Below, piece by piece: positions 1-13,263 of a stretch of 64,000 nt of DNA; the first letter of the stretch is position 1, and every line of letters starts with the position of its first letter. The DNA comes from Octopus vulgaris (lineage: Eukaryota): positions 21,824,001-21,888,000 of the forward strand of contig OX597820.1 of NCBI GenBank assembly GCA_951406725.2, in the 5' to 3' direction. A model generated the notes under the pieces. It was not told the origin of the DNA. It did not search any database and saw only the letters and a program-made list of their open reading frames with translations. Both the position numbers and the translations under genes were made by a program.

Positions 1-281
1 GTGCGTTGTTAGTATGGAAAAGCAAAATGTGACCTTCACCGTTTTCTGAAGAACATCTTTGTCAAAACCACGGCACAAATGTAATATGGTCGATTTCTCA
101 AAAATGTATATGCGTCATGGCGGTAGAAATGGTTCTAAGCTGGAAATCGAAAGATCCTCTCTCAAAACTTTACACCTTTTAATAAGGTGTTTTCTTCTAG
201 ACAGCACGAGGCAATACAACTAATACTAAATAATACTCTCCCAAAAAATTTCAATTAAATCAATTATTATAAACTGACTTA

Positions 282-598
282 CCGTATTTGATGGCCTTTT
301 TTATTTACTCAAAAATACCTTTAAAACCCCACCTGCCTCCAATGCACTCAATGTAGGCTCAAAACGCTATGTACGCTTACAAAACGTGCGCTGCCATCTA
401 TTGGTGAACAATCGCCTACGGTATGTTTATATTGAATGTGGATGCAATAAATTGCTTATAATTACCGGTAATAACAAAGTTATACAGGTAAGTGGAGGAA
501 TTAAAGCATTATTTTAGTGGTAATTTATTTTACAAAAGTATAGCCTAGGCTTGGGTGCCTCCTATTCACTCGCACATCTTATAGGCCATCAAATACGG
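282..598. mobile_element. MITE, Tc1/mariner-pogo (Tigger-like) type
   Basis: Perfect 16-bp TIR CCGTATTTGATGGCCT (282-297) / AGGCCATCAAATACGG (583-598), flanked by TA on both sides (280-281, 599-600); no ORF. Confidence 0.8.
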
Positions 599-804
599 TA
601 AATCAGCTTTCGGACACATAAAGAGTGTCAAAAATGCTCTTTTTTTCTCTTCAAACTATTGAATTCGAACAAAATGAAGGTTTGTATTTCATGAGTTATC
701 AATTTAAATGGCTTTTATCTTTTACTTGAAAGGGTCTGGTCATACAAATCGACTCCATAACTAATTTTTAAATCGCTACAATGACGCACACACACGCATA
801 TAAG

Positions 805-937
805 TTTCTTTATTGGCCACACAGGGCTGCACACAGATGGGGCAAATTACAAGGTAGAGCTTTTATTTTGGGGGATGAAAAAAAAAATTGGCGTAGGTTT
901 TCGATCAAAAGGGATCGTAAAAGGGAAAAAAGGAAAA

Positions 938-1012
<75 letters not shown>

Positions 1013-1118
1013 CATTTTTTTTAAATAAGTAACTCTCTGTATTAAATTTTTATCGTTCATAGGATCATTCTCAAGGTGGCTTCGTCATTCATATGTGCCA
1101 TCCTTGCTACATTCACCC

Positions 1119-1120
<2 letters not shown>
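805..1120 (-). mobile_element. 3' UTR remnants of a Tx1/L1-like LINE, split by a (GATA)n tract
   Basis: 805-940 matches 29591-29720 and 1030-1120 matches 29220-29310, which adjoins a LINE ORF2 C-terminus. Confidence 0.65.
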
Positions 1121-1210
<90 letters not shown>

Positions 1211-1238
1211 GCAGGCAGGCAGGCAGACAGACAGACAG
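941..1238. repeat. (GATA)n microsatellites (941-1012 and 1120-1210, then GGCA/GACA)
   Basis: Direct reading. Confidence 0.95.
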
Positions 1239-1479
1239 TCGAAGAACAAAAAGATGATGGAAGAAGACGATGTTCTTCCGATATCGTAAACCTTGCCTTC
1301 CATTATATGTGTTACTGAAATTCTTGAGTAGCAACAATAATACAATAAGGAATGAGTTTATTATATTCTGGACGAGAGGCGAGAAGCGATATAAAATGTA
1401 GAGTAAAAAAAACATGGCCGTTACTCAGAGTAACGGTTACGTGAACCGTGATTTCAGCAACTGTTTAGATTCCTATTTT

Positions 1480-1865
1480 GGAGGCTCAATGGCCCAGTGG
1501 TTAGGGCAGCGGACTCGCGGTCATAAGATCGCGGTTTCGATTCCCAGAACGGCGGACGTTGTGAGTGTTTATTGAGCGAAAACACCTAAAACTCCACGAG
1601 GCTCCGGCAGGGGATGGTGGTGATCCCTGCTGTACTCTTTCACCACAACTTTCTCTCACTCTTACTTCCTGTTTCTGTTGTACCTGTATTTCAAAGGGCC
1701 GGCCTTGTCACTCTCTGTGTCACGCTGAATATCCCCAAGAACTACGTTAAGGGTACACGTGTCTGTGGAGTGCTCAGCCACTTACACGTTAATCTCACGA
1801 GCCGGCTGTTCCGTTGATTCGGATCAACCGGAACCCTCGTCGTCGTAACCGACGGAGTGCTTCCA
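1480..1865 (+). mobile_element. tRNA-derived SINE, family A (head A + tail 1)
   Basis: A-box TGGCCCAGTGG, B-box-like GGTTTCGATTCC; 12-bp TSD AGATTCCTATTT (1467-1478/1867-1878); homologous copies at 17211, 26829, 47844. Confidence 0.9.
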
Positions 1866-1932
1866 CAGATTCCTATTTAGTCACGAACAATCATACCCTT
1901 TCACTTTGGGCTCATCAGAGTGTGGAACAGTG

Positions 1933-2531
1933 GGCGAGCTGGCAGAATCGTTAGCACGCCAGGCGAAATGCTGAGCGGTATTTCGTCTGCCGTTACGTTC
2001 TGAGTTCAAATTCCGCCGAGGTCGACTTTGCCTTTCATCCTTTCGAGGTCGATTAAATAAGTACCAGTTACGCACTGGGGTCGATATAATCGACTTAATC
2101 CTTTTGTCTGTCCTTGTTTGTCCTCTCTGTGTTTAGCCCCTTGTGGGTAGTAAAGAAATAGGTATTTCGTCTGCCGTTACGTTCTGAGTTCAAATTCCGT
2201 CGAGGACGACTTTGCCTTTCATCCCTTCGGGGTCGATAAATTAAGTACTAGGTACGCGCTGGGATCGATATAATCGACTTAATCCGTTTGTCTGTCCTTT
2301 TTTGTCCTCTCTGTGTTTATCCCCTTGTGGGTAGTAAAGAAATAGGTATTTCGTCTGCCTTTACGTTCTGAGTTAAAATTCCGCCGAGGTCGACTTTGCC
2401 TTTCATCCTTTCGGGGTCGATAAATTGAGTACCAGTTACGCACTGGGGTCGATGTAATCGACTTAATACCTTTGTCTGTCCTTGTTTGTCCCCTCTATGT
2501 TTAGCCCCTTGTGGGCAACAAAGAAATAAGA
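1933..2531 (+). mobile_element. SINE family D, head plus three tandem ~185-bp units
   Basis: GAGCTGGCAGAA head, B-box GAGTTCAAATTCC, GCCTTTCATCCTTTCGGGGTCGATAAA core repeated three times. Confidence 0.9.
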
Positions 2532-4061
2532 ATGTGGAAGTCGGAGGAAGAGAAAGCTGCTCCTGTAATTGACTTGACTTCATTCCCAACTGAATAGATT
2601 GAAAAAAGGCAAAATGGAATTTCCTAGCTCAATGATAAAACGCGCCACCCGATCCAGGAATCAAACACGCGCTCTTTTAATCACGAGTCCAACAACTTAA
2701 CCACAAGGCAACCTGTGTTTGCTGGTATCCCCCAACTTTTTCTACATATATAGTACAAATTTAAACCGACGCTGTTAACCATATCTATATAAAAGTCATT
2801 GATCTTTTAAGTTTCATTGACTTCAAACATCTCTTTGAGATTTTTCGTCTTTTTTAAACAATGAACTATGATCTGCGGAATTCAGAATATATCTTTTGTT
2901 TACATCTGTAACAATCTTTATGGTTTGTATATATTATAATTAGATCTACAATTTCGAATATAAAAGATGGAAATTATATAAAAGATATTCCATACAAATT
3001 TTGTCGCACGAAAAAATAGCTTGAATTAGCTGTTTTCAAACAGTTTTGTATTTCGTAAAATCTTTGGTGACAGATACAAAATATCAAATTTACAAGACTA
3101 AAATTGCCATAGATGTAAAACATACTGGCGGTATAGTGTTAAAAAGAAACCGTAATCGTTTCAAATTTTCATAGTTATTGAAATGTAGTGGCATTTTGCC
3201 ACCGCTAAAATAACGCTAATGTGTCTTAGTATAATCTTGGTAATCCATCTAAAGCAGAACGAGAATTGAAACATTATCCACTTTTAAATTCGAAGCGGAA
3301 TGTATCCTACTAATATTCATTAGTGGCAACAAAACAGATAGAAGTGATTAATGCACAACCACTTTAGAAAGAGATGCAATTTCAGAATGCTCTTTATGAC
3401 ATAAACTTGTATGTTGTAACCACAAATGAAGTAGCGGTTGTGATTACATAGTAAAGGTTGCGCTAGAAATGTAACCTAATACTTAACTCTAGACTGGGTT
3501 TGTTCCACTAAATCGACACAGCCTGAAGATGTTCGCTTTGTGCAACGATCTGTCATAGAACTAATTAATTTATGCCAATGCAATTTATGTAACATGTATG
3601 ATATGATATTCTGATGCAACCTTCTTACAACGTTAAAACATCAGATGATCACAAGACTTAACATGATAGCCTTCATGTCATAGGATAAAAATTATATATG
3701 CACATAATGACTCTCTCGTCATTACTTCGGCAGGTACGGGGAAGTATATGCTTCGCTGAGGGAGTCAAATGATAGCAAAACATATCTGTAGTTTTCTTCC
3801 GTACAAGCTAAAAAGGATTAAAATAATAATTAATAATTAATAGCGGCAGAAATAGTATTAGTACCAAAAGGTAATCTTGATCTCCAACTTAACGTGGTGG
3901 TTGTGTTAGAACACAGAATACTGCGTTATTTACTTTGAGAGAAACTCTCATAAGAACATGTGGTGCATACAATAATACTAACAAGTGAGTTGATCTATTT
4001 CCTCGCTTCATAAATACTTTTAGAGTTTTGACCTTCATTTATATTGAAATTGATAACACGA

Positions 4062-4265
4062 ACTCTTTTACTCTTTTCTTGTTTCAGTCATTTGACTGCG
4101 GCCATGCTGGAGCACCGCCTTTATAGTAGAGCAAATCGACCCCAGAGCTTATTCTTTGTAAGCCTAGTTCTTATTCTATCGGTCTTTTTTGCCGAAGCGC
4201 TAAGTTACGGGGACGTAAACACACCAGCATCGGTTGTCAAGCGATGTTGGGGAGGACAAACACAA

Positions 4266-4314
<49 letters not shown>

Positions 4315-4478
4315 TATACGACGGGCTTCTTTCAGTTTCCGTCTACCAAATCCACTCACAAGGCTTCGGTCGGCCCGAGGCTATAGTAGAAGACACTAGT
4401 AGGTGTCACGCAGTGGGAATGAACCCGGGACCATATGGTTGGTAAGCAAGCTACTTACCACACAGCCACTCCTGTGCT
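4062..4478 (-). mobile_element. SINE family B (internal TA/CA microsatellite)
   Basis: Reverse complement of the GGCGCAGGAGTGGCTGTGTGG...GGTTCAGTCC head and ACTGAAACAAGTAAAAGAG tail; about 9 copies in the window. Confidence 0.9.
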
Positions 4479-4842
4479 TATATTTAATTACTGGTAGATA
4501 GACTAATTTAATTATTACTAGATAGAGTTTCTGAATAATTGAGCACAGTGGTGTATTATTTACTTTTAATGCGTTATTTATAAATCGGGTTACATCAAAG
4601 AAATCGTGTAAGACTAGATAATAATTAAATACAGATTTTTACCGAATTTTTTTAGCATGAAAAAATTCTTTGTTGGCGTAAAAGTACATCACTGATTGGA
4701 TTGACCTATTATACTAGTTTATCAACCTAGGAGAGTGAGGAGTCAAATTAAATACACAGAACGGCTACTGTATCGGTTGCACTAAATCACCCGCCTTAAT
4801 CGGTGTGAATGTAAGATTTTAAGTTAAAATTAGACACATAAG

Positions 4843-5001
4843 AACAGGTGTGACTGTGTAGTAAGAAGTTTTCTTCCGAACCACATGGTTCCGGTTTCAA
4901 TCCCACTGTGTGGCACTTACGCCAAGTATCTTACTCCATAGTCTCGGACCCACCAAAGCCTTGTTGGTGGATATGATAGACGGATACTGTAAGAGGCCCT
5001 C

Positions 5002-5081
<80 letters not shown>

Positions 5082-5308
5082 CTGTGTGTCTGTGTGTCTG
5101 TGTTTGTACCCCGCCACCGCTTGACAACCTGTGTTTGTGTGTTTATGTCCTTATAACATAGTATTTCAGCAAAATAGACGGATAAATAAGTACCAGGCTT
5201 TAAAAAAATAAGTACTGGGTCGATTCATTCGACTAAAAGTTCTTCAATGCGTTGCCCCAGAAGGGCCCCTATCTAATGACTGAAAAAAAATAAGATACAA
5301 AAGATAGA
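4843..5308 (+). mobile_element. SINE family B, diverged copy
   Basis: Colinear with the 9539 and 12358 copies. Confidence 0.85.
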
Positions 5309-6182
5309 ATATAAATTATTAAGCAATTCTAAAGCAGAGCTAAAGCACAGACTCTAAAATGTATCTCGGCTACTACTTCTACACATATTACAAATATATT
5401 CTATGCTCCAACCAGCAAGAGATAGCAACCAAATATCCCTCAAATAGCGCCTATGAGCCATTTGATGATGTGGTTCCAAAAATAACATATGATGGCAACC
5501 ACAACAATCCACTCAGTAGTACTGCAAAATTTTCGTTTGCAGATTTAATAGATACTACTACTACTACTGCTGCTGCTACCTTACAATTTCTTAATTTGAT
5601 GAAATTTTTTAAGAATCTAAACCAAATCATAGATTCGTTTTACAGAAATACCATTTCTGCAATTCACCGGTTAAAATTTAGATTCCTAAAATAGATATAC
5701 ATTTACATTGTCCATAAAATATTGCTTAGTGCATCAATAATTGCTTTGCTACAAGCAAATCGCTATTTATGCAAATCGGATTTTCCGTTTTAGTGATGGC
5801 TTTTAATACAAGTATCCAATTTCTCCAAGATTGGTACTAATGAAACCTTTTTTTTTTACACTCCTTTTCTGCTCATAAAAGTTTGTTTAAACATTCGTTT
5901 ACGTTTATCTAGTGACTACACAAGCAACACCAGCTAAAATTTGTATTGCAGTTTCTCTCTACCACTGCCAAGTTTCTCTCACACCTCACAAAGGATCGAT
6001 CATCCTGAGACCATGTTAGAACATGCAGCGAAGTACGATCAGACTTAGAATCAGATTTACTGTTGCACCCAGTGTCCACTTATTTTTCTAAGTTTAAAGT
6101 TTCTCTTATTGGTTCTTTACTTACATCTAATAACAAGTCGCCTTATTAAGTGTTTTATCGAAACCAAATATTTTGCAACATT

Positions 6183-6610
6183 GGATCTTTTCGGTTTGAA
6201 CGGCAGTTTTTAAAATGATTTCCACGTAACTAAACACTTTTAAACTTCGTATACTGGTAGAATGTGTTTATAAAACATCTTCTTCTCTTGGCTTTCTTGA
6301 GAAAATTCTATAGTTTGTAAGATATTTGTTGTTTTGTTTTTCTTCAATTTCTGCAATTTCAACCAATCATTGACGTGTATTGAGTTGAAAACATTCTGTG
6401 CCGTATGAAAATGTCCCTCGTTTAAGAAACAGATTGGGTTTATTTACATTTCTGAAGACAAAAAGATACCCTTCCCTCCACCCCTAACCCTAACCAACCC
6501 TAACTCTAAAAGAGATTGAAATGCAATAGATCGATACTAGGGTCATAATTATGGGTGACGATTTCATATGACACCGCTAGAAAAAACTGCCGTTCAAACT
6601 GAAAAGATCC
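6183..6610. mobile_element. Non-autonomous TIR element with internal telomere-like CCCTAA repeats
   Basis: 29-bp TIR GGATCTTTTCGGTTTGAACGGCAGTTTTT / AAAAACTGCCGTTCAAACTGAAAAGATCC (1 mismatch); second copy inverted at 37327-37721. Confidence 0.85.
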
Positions 6611-7965
6611 CAACTATTTTTATTTTAATATCTTTTGTCAAAACTCGGTAGTGTGTGGAGCAGAATTTTACGTCCCATTATTTTCTGAGTTCAAATTCCA
6701 GCAAGGTCGACTATATCTTATGGTTTCTTTACTCACTTCTAATAGAAAGTCACCCTAATAAATGTTTTATCGAAACCAAATATTTTATGACAACTTCTTT
6801 TGTCAAAAATCGGTTGAGTGTGGAGCAAAATTTTATGTCCCATTGTTCTGTGTTCAAATTCCACCGACGCCGACTATATCTTTTATCTCTCAGTCAAGTA
6901 TTGAGAATTAATTAGATTTTAAATTGTCATTCATAACCCCTCAAAAAATGTAGGATTGTGTCTTTGTTAGACATCATTGTGGAATTTAACAGTAGGTCTT
7001 AAAAATACTTTTCCTGGTTGCTTTTCTGCTAAAAGAAGTTTAAAACGTTAGAACACCCTTCATTGTTCTTAGATACTCTCTCGGATGGGAGAAGGTACAG
7101 CAGGGGATACGATTTATGCTGTTAAGGTTGAATTCGACAATATAAATAAATATAATGGGAGTATGGAAAACGCTTGGCATGAAGAAATGATATAGAGTAT
7201 AATTCTTCAAAATAAAAAAAAGATAGTGTGTAATAGTTGGTGCGCAGTTAAAAGATGATGAGAGGGTGAGAAAAAAAAAAGAGAAAAGTAGAAAGAGAGA
7301 AACAAACAGACAGAATGAAGGCGATAAAGAGGGTATTGTTAACTGCGAGATAGTGACGATGCAACCTAACAAAATATGCATGCGAAAACAAAACCTGCCA
7401 GCAGGTTCAAAGAATTTATGCTGAATCCATATAAATGATAAGATAGCAACTGGTGTATTGTAACTAGTCTATTATTATCTACCATCCTTATAAAAATCTT
7501 CTTCCTCTCTCAGTGGTAAACCTAAATGACTATAATTAATTTTCTGGCTTTCTGTATTTCTGGAAATAGCTCATCCTCAAAATTCATAGAATGCTAATAT
7601 ATTTTTATTCAGATGTTACGTGACAATTTCTACTAATATTTTGAAAGAAAGCTTCCAGTACAAGATAATAAGGTGAAGTCTATGCGTCGCTGATGAGGTC
7701 AAACTAAGAACAAACGTGTTTGTAGTTGTCTCCCATTCTTGGAGAAATACATAAAATGGTGTTAGTAATTTGCTAAAGTTGGGTTGTTTTCGTAACTACG
7801 TAATTATTTCTAGTTTGTTTTCTTTAATGTTCTCTAAATTTAACATAATTTGCTCACTTAACTATTTCATGCGATTGGCTTCTCTAAATTAAATGACTAT
7901 GATTATTTTCCCACCTTCCCTATTTATGAAATAACTCCTTTAAATTGAGACATTTTTATTATAAC

Positions 7966-8239
7966 TACTCTTTACTCTTTTACTCTTTTACTTGTTTCAG
8001 TAAATTGACTGCGGCCATGTTGGAGCACCGCCTTTAGTCGAGCAAATCGATCCCAGGACTTATTCTTTGTAAGCCTAGTACTTATTCTATCGGCCTCTTT
8101 TGCCGAACCGCTAAGTTAAGGGGAGGTAAACACACCAACGTCGGTTGTCAAGTGATGTTGGGAGACAAACACAGACACACAAACATATACACGCACATAC
8201 ATATATATATATGAGACAAACACAGACACACAAACATAT

Positions 8240-8294
<55 letters not shown>

Positions 8295-8460
8295 TACTAT
8301 GGGATTCTTTCAGTTTCCGTCTACCAAATCCACTCACAAGGCTTTAGTCGGCCCGAGGCTACAGTAGAAGACACTTGTCCAAGTTGCCACGCAGTGGGAC
8401 TGAACCCGGAACCATGTGGTTGGTAAGCAAGCTACTTGCCACACAGCCACTCCTGCGCCT
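7966..8460 (-). mobile_element. SINE family B
   Basis: Homologous to other B copies; (TACTCTT)n tail. Confidence 0.9.
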
Positions 8461-8792
8461 ATAATCTCTCCTATAATCTGCACCTATAATCTCAATAAAT
8501 TGAGTATGAAATTAAATAATTATAACTTGCTTCCACAAATATTTCTATAATTTGAATTGCTCTTTCTAAAAAATCTAAAATGTGTTTTTTTTTTCTAAAC
8601 TGGTTTCATCTAGAGTAATAACAAGAAGGGGTGAGAGCGAAGGAGTGGCCATGATCACAGATGTGAAAGAGCACAAGATAAATCTCTTCTGCCTGTTTAT
8701 TAATACAACTTTTATACCTTAAATAAATGCGAACTGTCTTACGTTATTTCTATGGAAACAGTCCACCATAATTTCGGTAGATTTGTTTTAAA

Positions 8793-9187
8793 CTAGCAGT
8801 ATCGCCCGGCGTTGCCCGGGTTTGTAAGGGAAATAATTATATAAGCATTTTTAGAGATGTAAAGTATAATAGCCATCTCAATATGGCTAACCACAAAGGG
8901 GGGGGTTACTGTAGCTTTTTACGTTCTGAGATTTAATAATAAATTTTTAGAGAGTTACTTCCCTTATATATGCCAAAAATGCATTAAAAATGGGAAAAAT
9001 TGATGGTAAATTTTTTTTTAAATCGTAGACTCATCGTAGACGCGCGCTAATACCCAGAAGGGCTCGATATGAATCACGACTATAAGATACCCGGTTTTGG
9101 TTAAACTGCACCGCAAAATGTGGGAGTAGTTAGGAATCTAAATCGTAGGAGACAGACAGCACACAACCTCACTTTTATATATAAAGA
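8793..9187 (-). mobile_element. Non-autonomous Helitron
   Basis: On the minus strand: 5' TC(TTTATATATAAAA), subterminal GC hairpin (8805-8820), 3' CTAG; inserted between A and T with no TSD. Related 3' end at 43659. Confidence 0.75.
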
Positions 9188-9538
9188 TGTATCTGCCGAA
9201 GAGCTTTTGAAATTCACTGACAAATGCCGCGGGATAATGTGTATGTGAAGAACATTATTCATTAATTCGCTTTACTATCATTAATCTTTATTACCTTACG
9301 TGCGTTTGTTTAATTAAATCTTAATATCTTACATGAGAGTGTTAATTTAATAGATTGGTAATGCATAGTTAATTATTTTGGACAGATTACAATTGAGAAA
9401 GACTGCATGAGTTAAAGTAGTGGGCTGTCAAAAATATCTACTGACTGCAATGCAAAAGAAGAAAATGTGCATTGTTCGGCTGCAATGCAAAAAAAGCAAT
9501 GACGTATTCTGTGACGTAATTTTACAAAAAATCAATAT

Positions 9539-9952
9539 GGCGCAGGAGTGGCTGTTTGGTAAGTAGCTTGCTAACCAACCACATGGTTCCGGGTTCAGTC
9601 CCACTGCGTGGCATCTTGGGCACGTGTCTTCTGCTATAGCCCCGGGCCGACCAATGCCTTGTGAGTGGATTTGGTAAACGGAAACTGAAAGAAGCCCGTT
9701 GTATATATGTATATATATGTGTGTGTGCGTGTATGTTTGTGTGTCTGTGTTTGTTCCCCTAGCATTGCTTGACAACCGATGCTGGTGTGTTTACGTCACC
9801 GTAACTTAGCGGTTCGGCAAAAGAGACCGATAGAACAAGTACTGGGCTTACAAAGAATAAGTCCCGGGGTCGATTTGCTCGACTAAAGGCGGTGCTCCAG
9901 CATAGCCGCAGTCAAATGACTGAAACAAGTAAAAAGAGTAAAAAAGAGAGAG
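9539..9952 (+). mobile_element. SINE family B, full length
   Basis: Head with A/B boxes, CORE-like CTTGGGCA(A/C)GTGTCTT, microsatellite, GGCGGTGCTCCAGCAT tail. Confidence 0.9.
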
Positions 9953-10434
9953 TATGGCTGTCAGCATATTCTTTTAATATTTATTTTATTATTTATAATC
10001 AAAATTAGTTATACTAATTTACAAAAAAAAATTAGCTTTGGCAAGAATGTTAGATATTAATAGACTAGTTACGATACACCAGTTCCTATCTTATCATCAT
10101 GTATATGAATTCAGCATAAATTCTTTGAGTCTGCTTACAGATTTTGGCTTTCTCGTGCATATTCTATAAGATTGCATCCTATCTCTTTCTAAATATGTGA
10201 CAACTCTAAGTTCATGCCATTTATTTAGAACAATTATCAACCCTTTTACTGTGGAATCCAGGTATATCCACTCAAAATTGCATTACACTTAACTGCGGAA
10301 AGCAGTTTATATAACAATCTATCTTTTGTTGAGGAATGTTATGTTTGAGACTATTTTTTGTTGAAATATGTCAAGTTTCTGGAGGCAACGTTGCTTGCAG
10401 AAAAAAAAAACAATTAAACAATTATAATTATCAA

Positions 10435-11015
10435 GGTAGTGAGTTGGCAGAATCTTTAGCACGCCGGGCGAAATGCTTTGCGGTATTTCGTCTGTCATTA
10501 CGTTCTGAGTTCAAATTCCGCCGAAGTCGACTTTGCCTTTCATCCTTTCGGGTTCGATTAAATAAGTACCAGTTACCCACTGGTGTCAATATAATCGACT
10601 TAATCCGTTTGTCTGTCCTTGTTTGTCCCCTCTATGTTTAGCCCCTTGTGGGTAGTAAAGAAATAGGTATTTCGTCTGCCGTTACGTTCTGAGTTCAAAT
10701 TTCGCCGAGGTCGACTTTGCCTTTCATCCTTTCGGGGTCGATAAATCAAGTACCAGTAATGCACTGGGGTCAATATAATCGACATAATCCGTTTGTCTGT
10801 CCTTGTTCGTCCCCTCTGTGTTTAGCCCCTTGTGGGTAGTAAAGAAATAGGTATTTCGTCTGCCACTACGTTCTGAGTTCAAATTCTGCCGAGGTCGACT
10901 TTGCCTTTCATCCTTTCGGGGTCGATAGGTCAAGTACCAGTTGTGTACTGGGATCTATCTAATCAACTGGTCCCCTCCCCCAAGATTTCAGGCCTTGTAT
11001 CTATCGTAGAAAAGA
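10435..11015 (+). mobile_element. SINE family D trimer ending in the alternative tail
   Basis: Two standard units, then a third unit ending CCCCTCCCCCAAGATTTCAGGCCTTGT...AGAAAAG. Confidence 0.9.
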
Positions 11016-11817
11016 TTATTATTATTATTGTTGTTGCTGTTGTTATATTGTGCAAATGAACAAAATTTTGTAAAATAAGCCAAAATTTTCAATCGCCTGT
11101 GTAGAACAAGAACAGACACATTTATATTACTGAGACAATTATGACTAGTCAACCGTACCTTTATACAGGGTAAAATGATTTGTTGAATTGTTGTTATAAT
11201 TTATTTAACTGTTTTATACGATCAACCCGTACACAAAGAGACCCTTAAAGATCCCTGCCCGTGTTCTTCCGGACATCATTTTAATATACGTTATTAATTC
11301 AACTCTTTCGGCATCAAAAAACGTTGAATGCTGACGTTACGTTTGCTTTGAAATCAACTGGTCGTTTGTCTTTCTGATAGAATAGTGTATTCGGTATCTA
11401 CTAATTTATTATTTTACCCCACTGTGCTGAGAAAGAAAATGGAATACGGGGACACATAAGACGTGCACAGCATGCATGCAGCTTTGATGGTGAAACCTGC
11501 AAGCTGATGAGAGCTTTCGTTACTAGAAGTGATGACGCAAGTAAGCCAGCGTCAATTCCTTTTGATGGCAGCAAATAGGACAAAATAAGAGTGTTGGTTC
11601 ATTTGAAATGAAGAAGTTTTTTTTTCTTTTGATGAAAATTACAATAAGTATACCCGTTGACAGTTGTTCTCTGACATTTGATACAACATGTTCAGCAGTC
11701 AAGACGTGTACATCGCACATAAATTGTTAACGTTGGAGCAATGGATGTCAACATAAAAAAGATCCAATTGATGTCAAAGTTAGAAACATGATCCTATTGA
11801 TGGCAAAGTTAGACAAA

Positions 11818-12065
11818 TGCGCCCTTTTAAAGCCTAGCCGGGCTCATGGGCCCGGTTTCCCGGTTTCAATGGCGTATGTGTTCCCCAGCTGGACGGGATG
11901 CCAGTCCATCGCAGTGTTACTCATTTTTGCCAGCTGAGTGGACTGGAGCAACGTGAAATGAAGTGTTTTGCTCAAGAACACAACGCGTCGCCCGGTCCAG
12001 GAATCGAAACCACAATCTTACGAACATGATGCTGACACCCTAACCACTAAGCCGCGCGCCTCCAC
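11818..12065 (-). mobile_element. SINE family C (head C + CORE-like body + tail 2)
   Basis: tRNA-like head GGCTTAGTGG...GGTTTCGATTCC, body TTCTTGAGCAAAACACTTCATTTCACGTTGCTCCAGTCCACTCAGC; near-identical to 13022-13263. Confidence 0.9.
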
Positions 12066-12357
12066 TTTTGTTGAAAATTACAATAATTATACCCGTTGAC
12101 AGTTGTTCTCTGACAGCTGATACAACAGGCTAAGCAGTCAGGATGTGTACATCGCACATAAATAGTTAAAGTTAGAGCAATTGATGTCAACATAAAGAAG
12201 ATCCCATTGATGTCAAAGTTAGACATCATGTGACTTTATTTTTGCTCAAACAACACCTTCTGAATGGAGAAGACATTCGTTCCTAACTGGTATATTCTCG
12301 TAAACATAAAGCAATATCGTTCTTATGTTGTCTTTTATTTTTCTGTCAAGATATATA

Positions 12358-12765
12358 GGCACAGGAGTGGCTGTGTGGTAAGTAGCTTGCTTACCGACCA
12401 CATGGTTCCGGGTTCAGTCCCACTGCGTTACACCTTGGGCAAGTGTCTTTTACTATAGCCTCTGGCCGACCAAAGCCTTGTGGGTGTATTTGGTAGACGG
12501 AAACTGAAAGAAGCCCGTCGTATATATATATGTGTGTGTATGTGTGTGTGTGTGTGCGTTTGTGTGTCTGTCTTTGTCCCACCCCCAACATCAATTGACA
12601 ACCGATGCTGGTGTGTTTACGTCCCTGTAACTTAGCAGTTCAGCAAAAGAGACCGATAGAATAAGTACTAGGGTTACAAAGAATAAGTCCTGGGGTCGAT
12701 TTGCTCGATTAAAAGGCGGTGCACCAGCATGGCCACAGTCAAATGACTGAAACAAGTAAAAAAAA
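12358..12765 (+). mobile_element. SINE family B
   Basis: Colinear with 9539-9952. Confidence 0.9.
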
Positions 12766-13021
12766 AATTAAATAAAAAAGTGATATCAATACTGAGGCAT
12801 CAATATCAGAAGCTGGTGGGATGTTATTAAGTGATTGTTGTTTATACAATTATGATGATGTTGTTTTCATGCCAGGTCATCTGCCAGGCATTCAACAAAG
12901 AATTCTAAACAGATATTTCTATACAGTATATTTCCATACAGTATAAAGTATAACAGTATAAAGTATAACAACAATAGTTTAAAATTAGTATGTCTTCATA
13001 TTGCATAATAATAATAATAAA

Positions 13022-13263
13022 TGCGCCCTTTTAAAGCCTAGCCAGGCTCATGGGCCCGGTTTCTCGGTTTCTATGGCGTATGTGTTCCCCAGTTGGACGG
13101 GACGCCAGTCCATCGCAGCCATTTTTGCTAGCTGAATGAACTGGAGCAACGTGAAATGAAGTGTTTTGCTCAAGAACACAACGCGTCGCCCGGTCCAGGA
13201 ATCGAAACCACAATCTTACGATCATGATGCTGACACCCTAACCACTAAGCCACGCGCCTCCAC
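13022..13263 (-). mobile_element. SINE family C
   Basis: TSD CTTCAT(A/G)TTGCAT (12994-13006/13264-13276), (AAT)n tail. Confidence 0.9.

Noticed and set aside
1480-1555. tRNA-like sequences at SINE heads
   Set aside because: A/B boxes are present, but they continue into SINE bodies and lack a complete cloverleaf; not tRNA genes
1565-1817. Recurrent short ORFs (MFIERKHLK..., RPRKDERQSRPRR..., DGLLSVSVYQIHSQG...)
   Set aside because: Incidental frames inside non-coding SINEs; they recur only because the SINEs recur
7680-7725. CTGATGAGGTC...GAACAAACG hammerhead-like motif
   Set aside because: GAAA and stems II/III are broken; at best a dead relic
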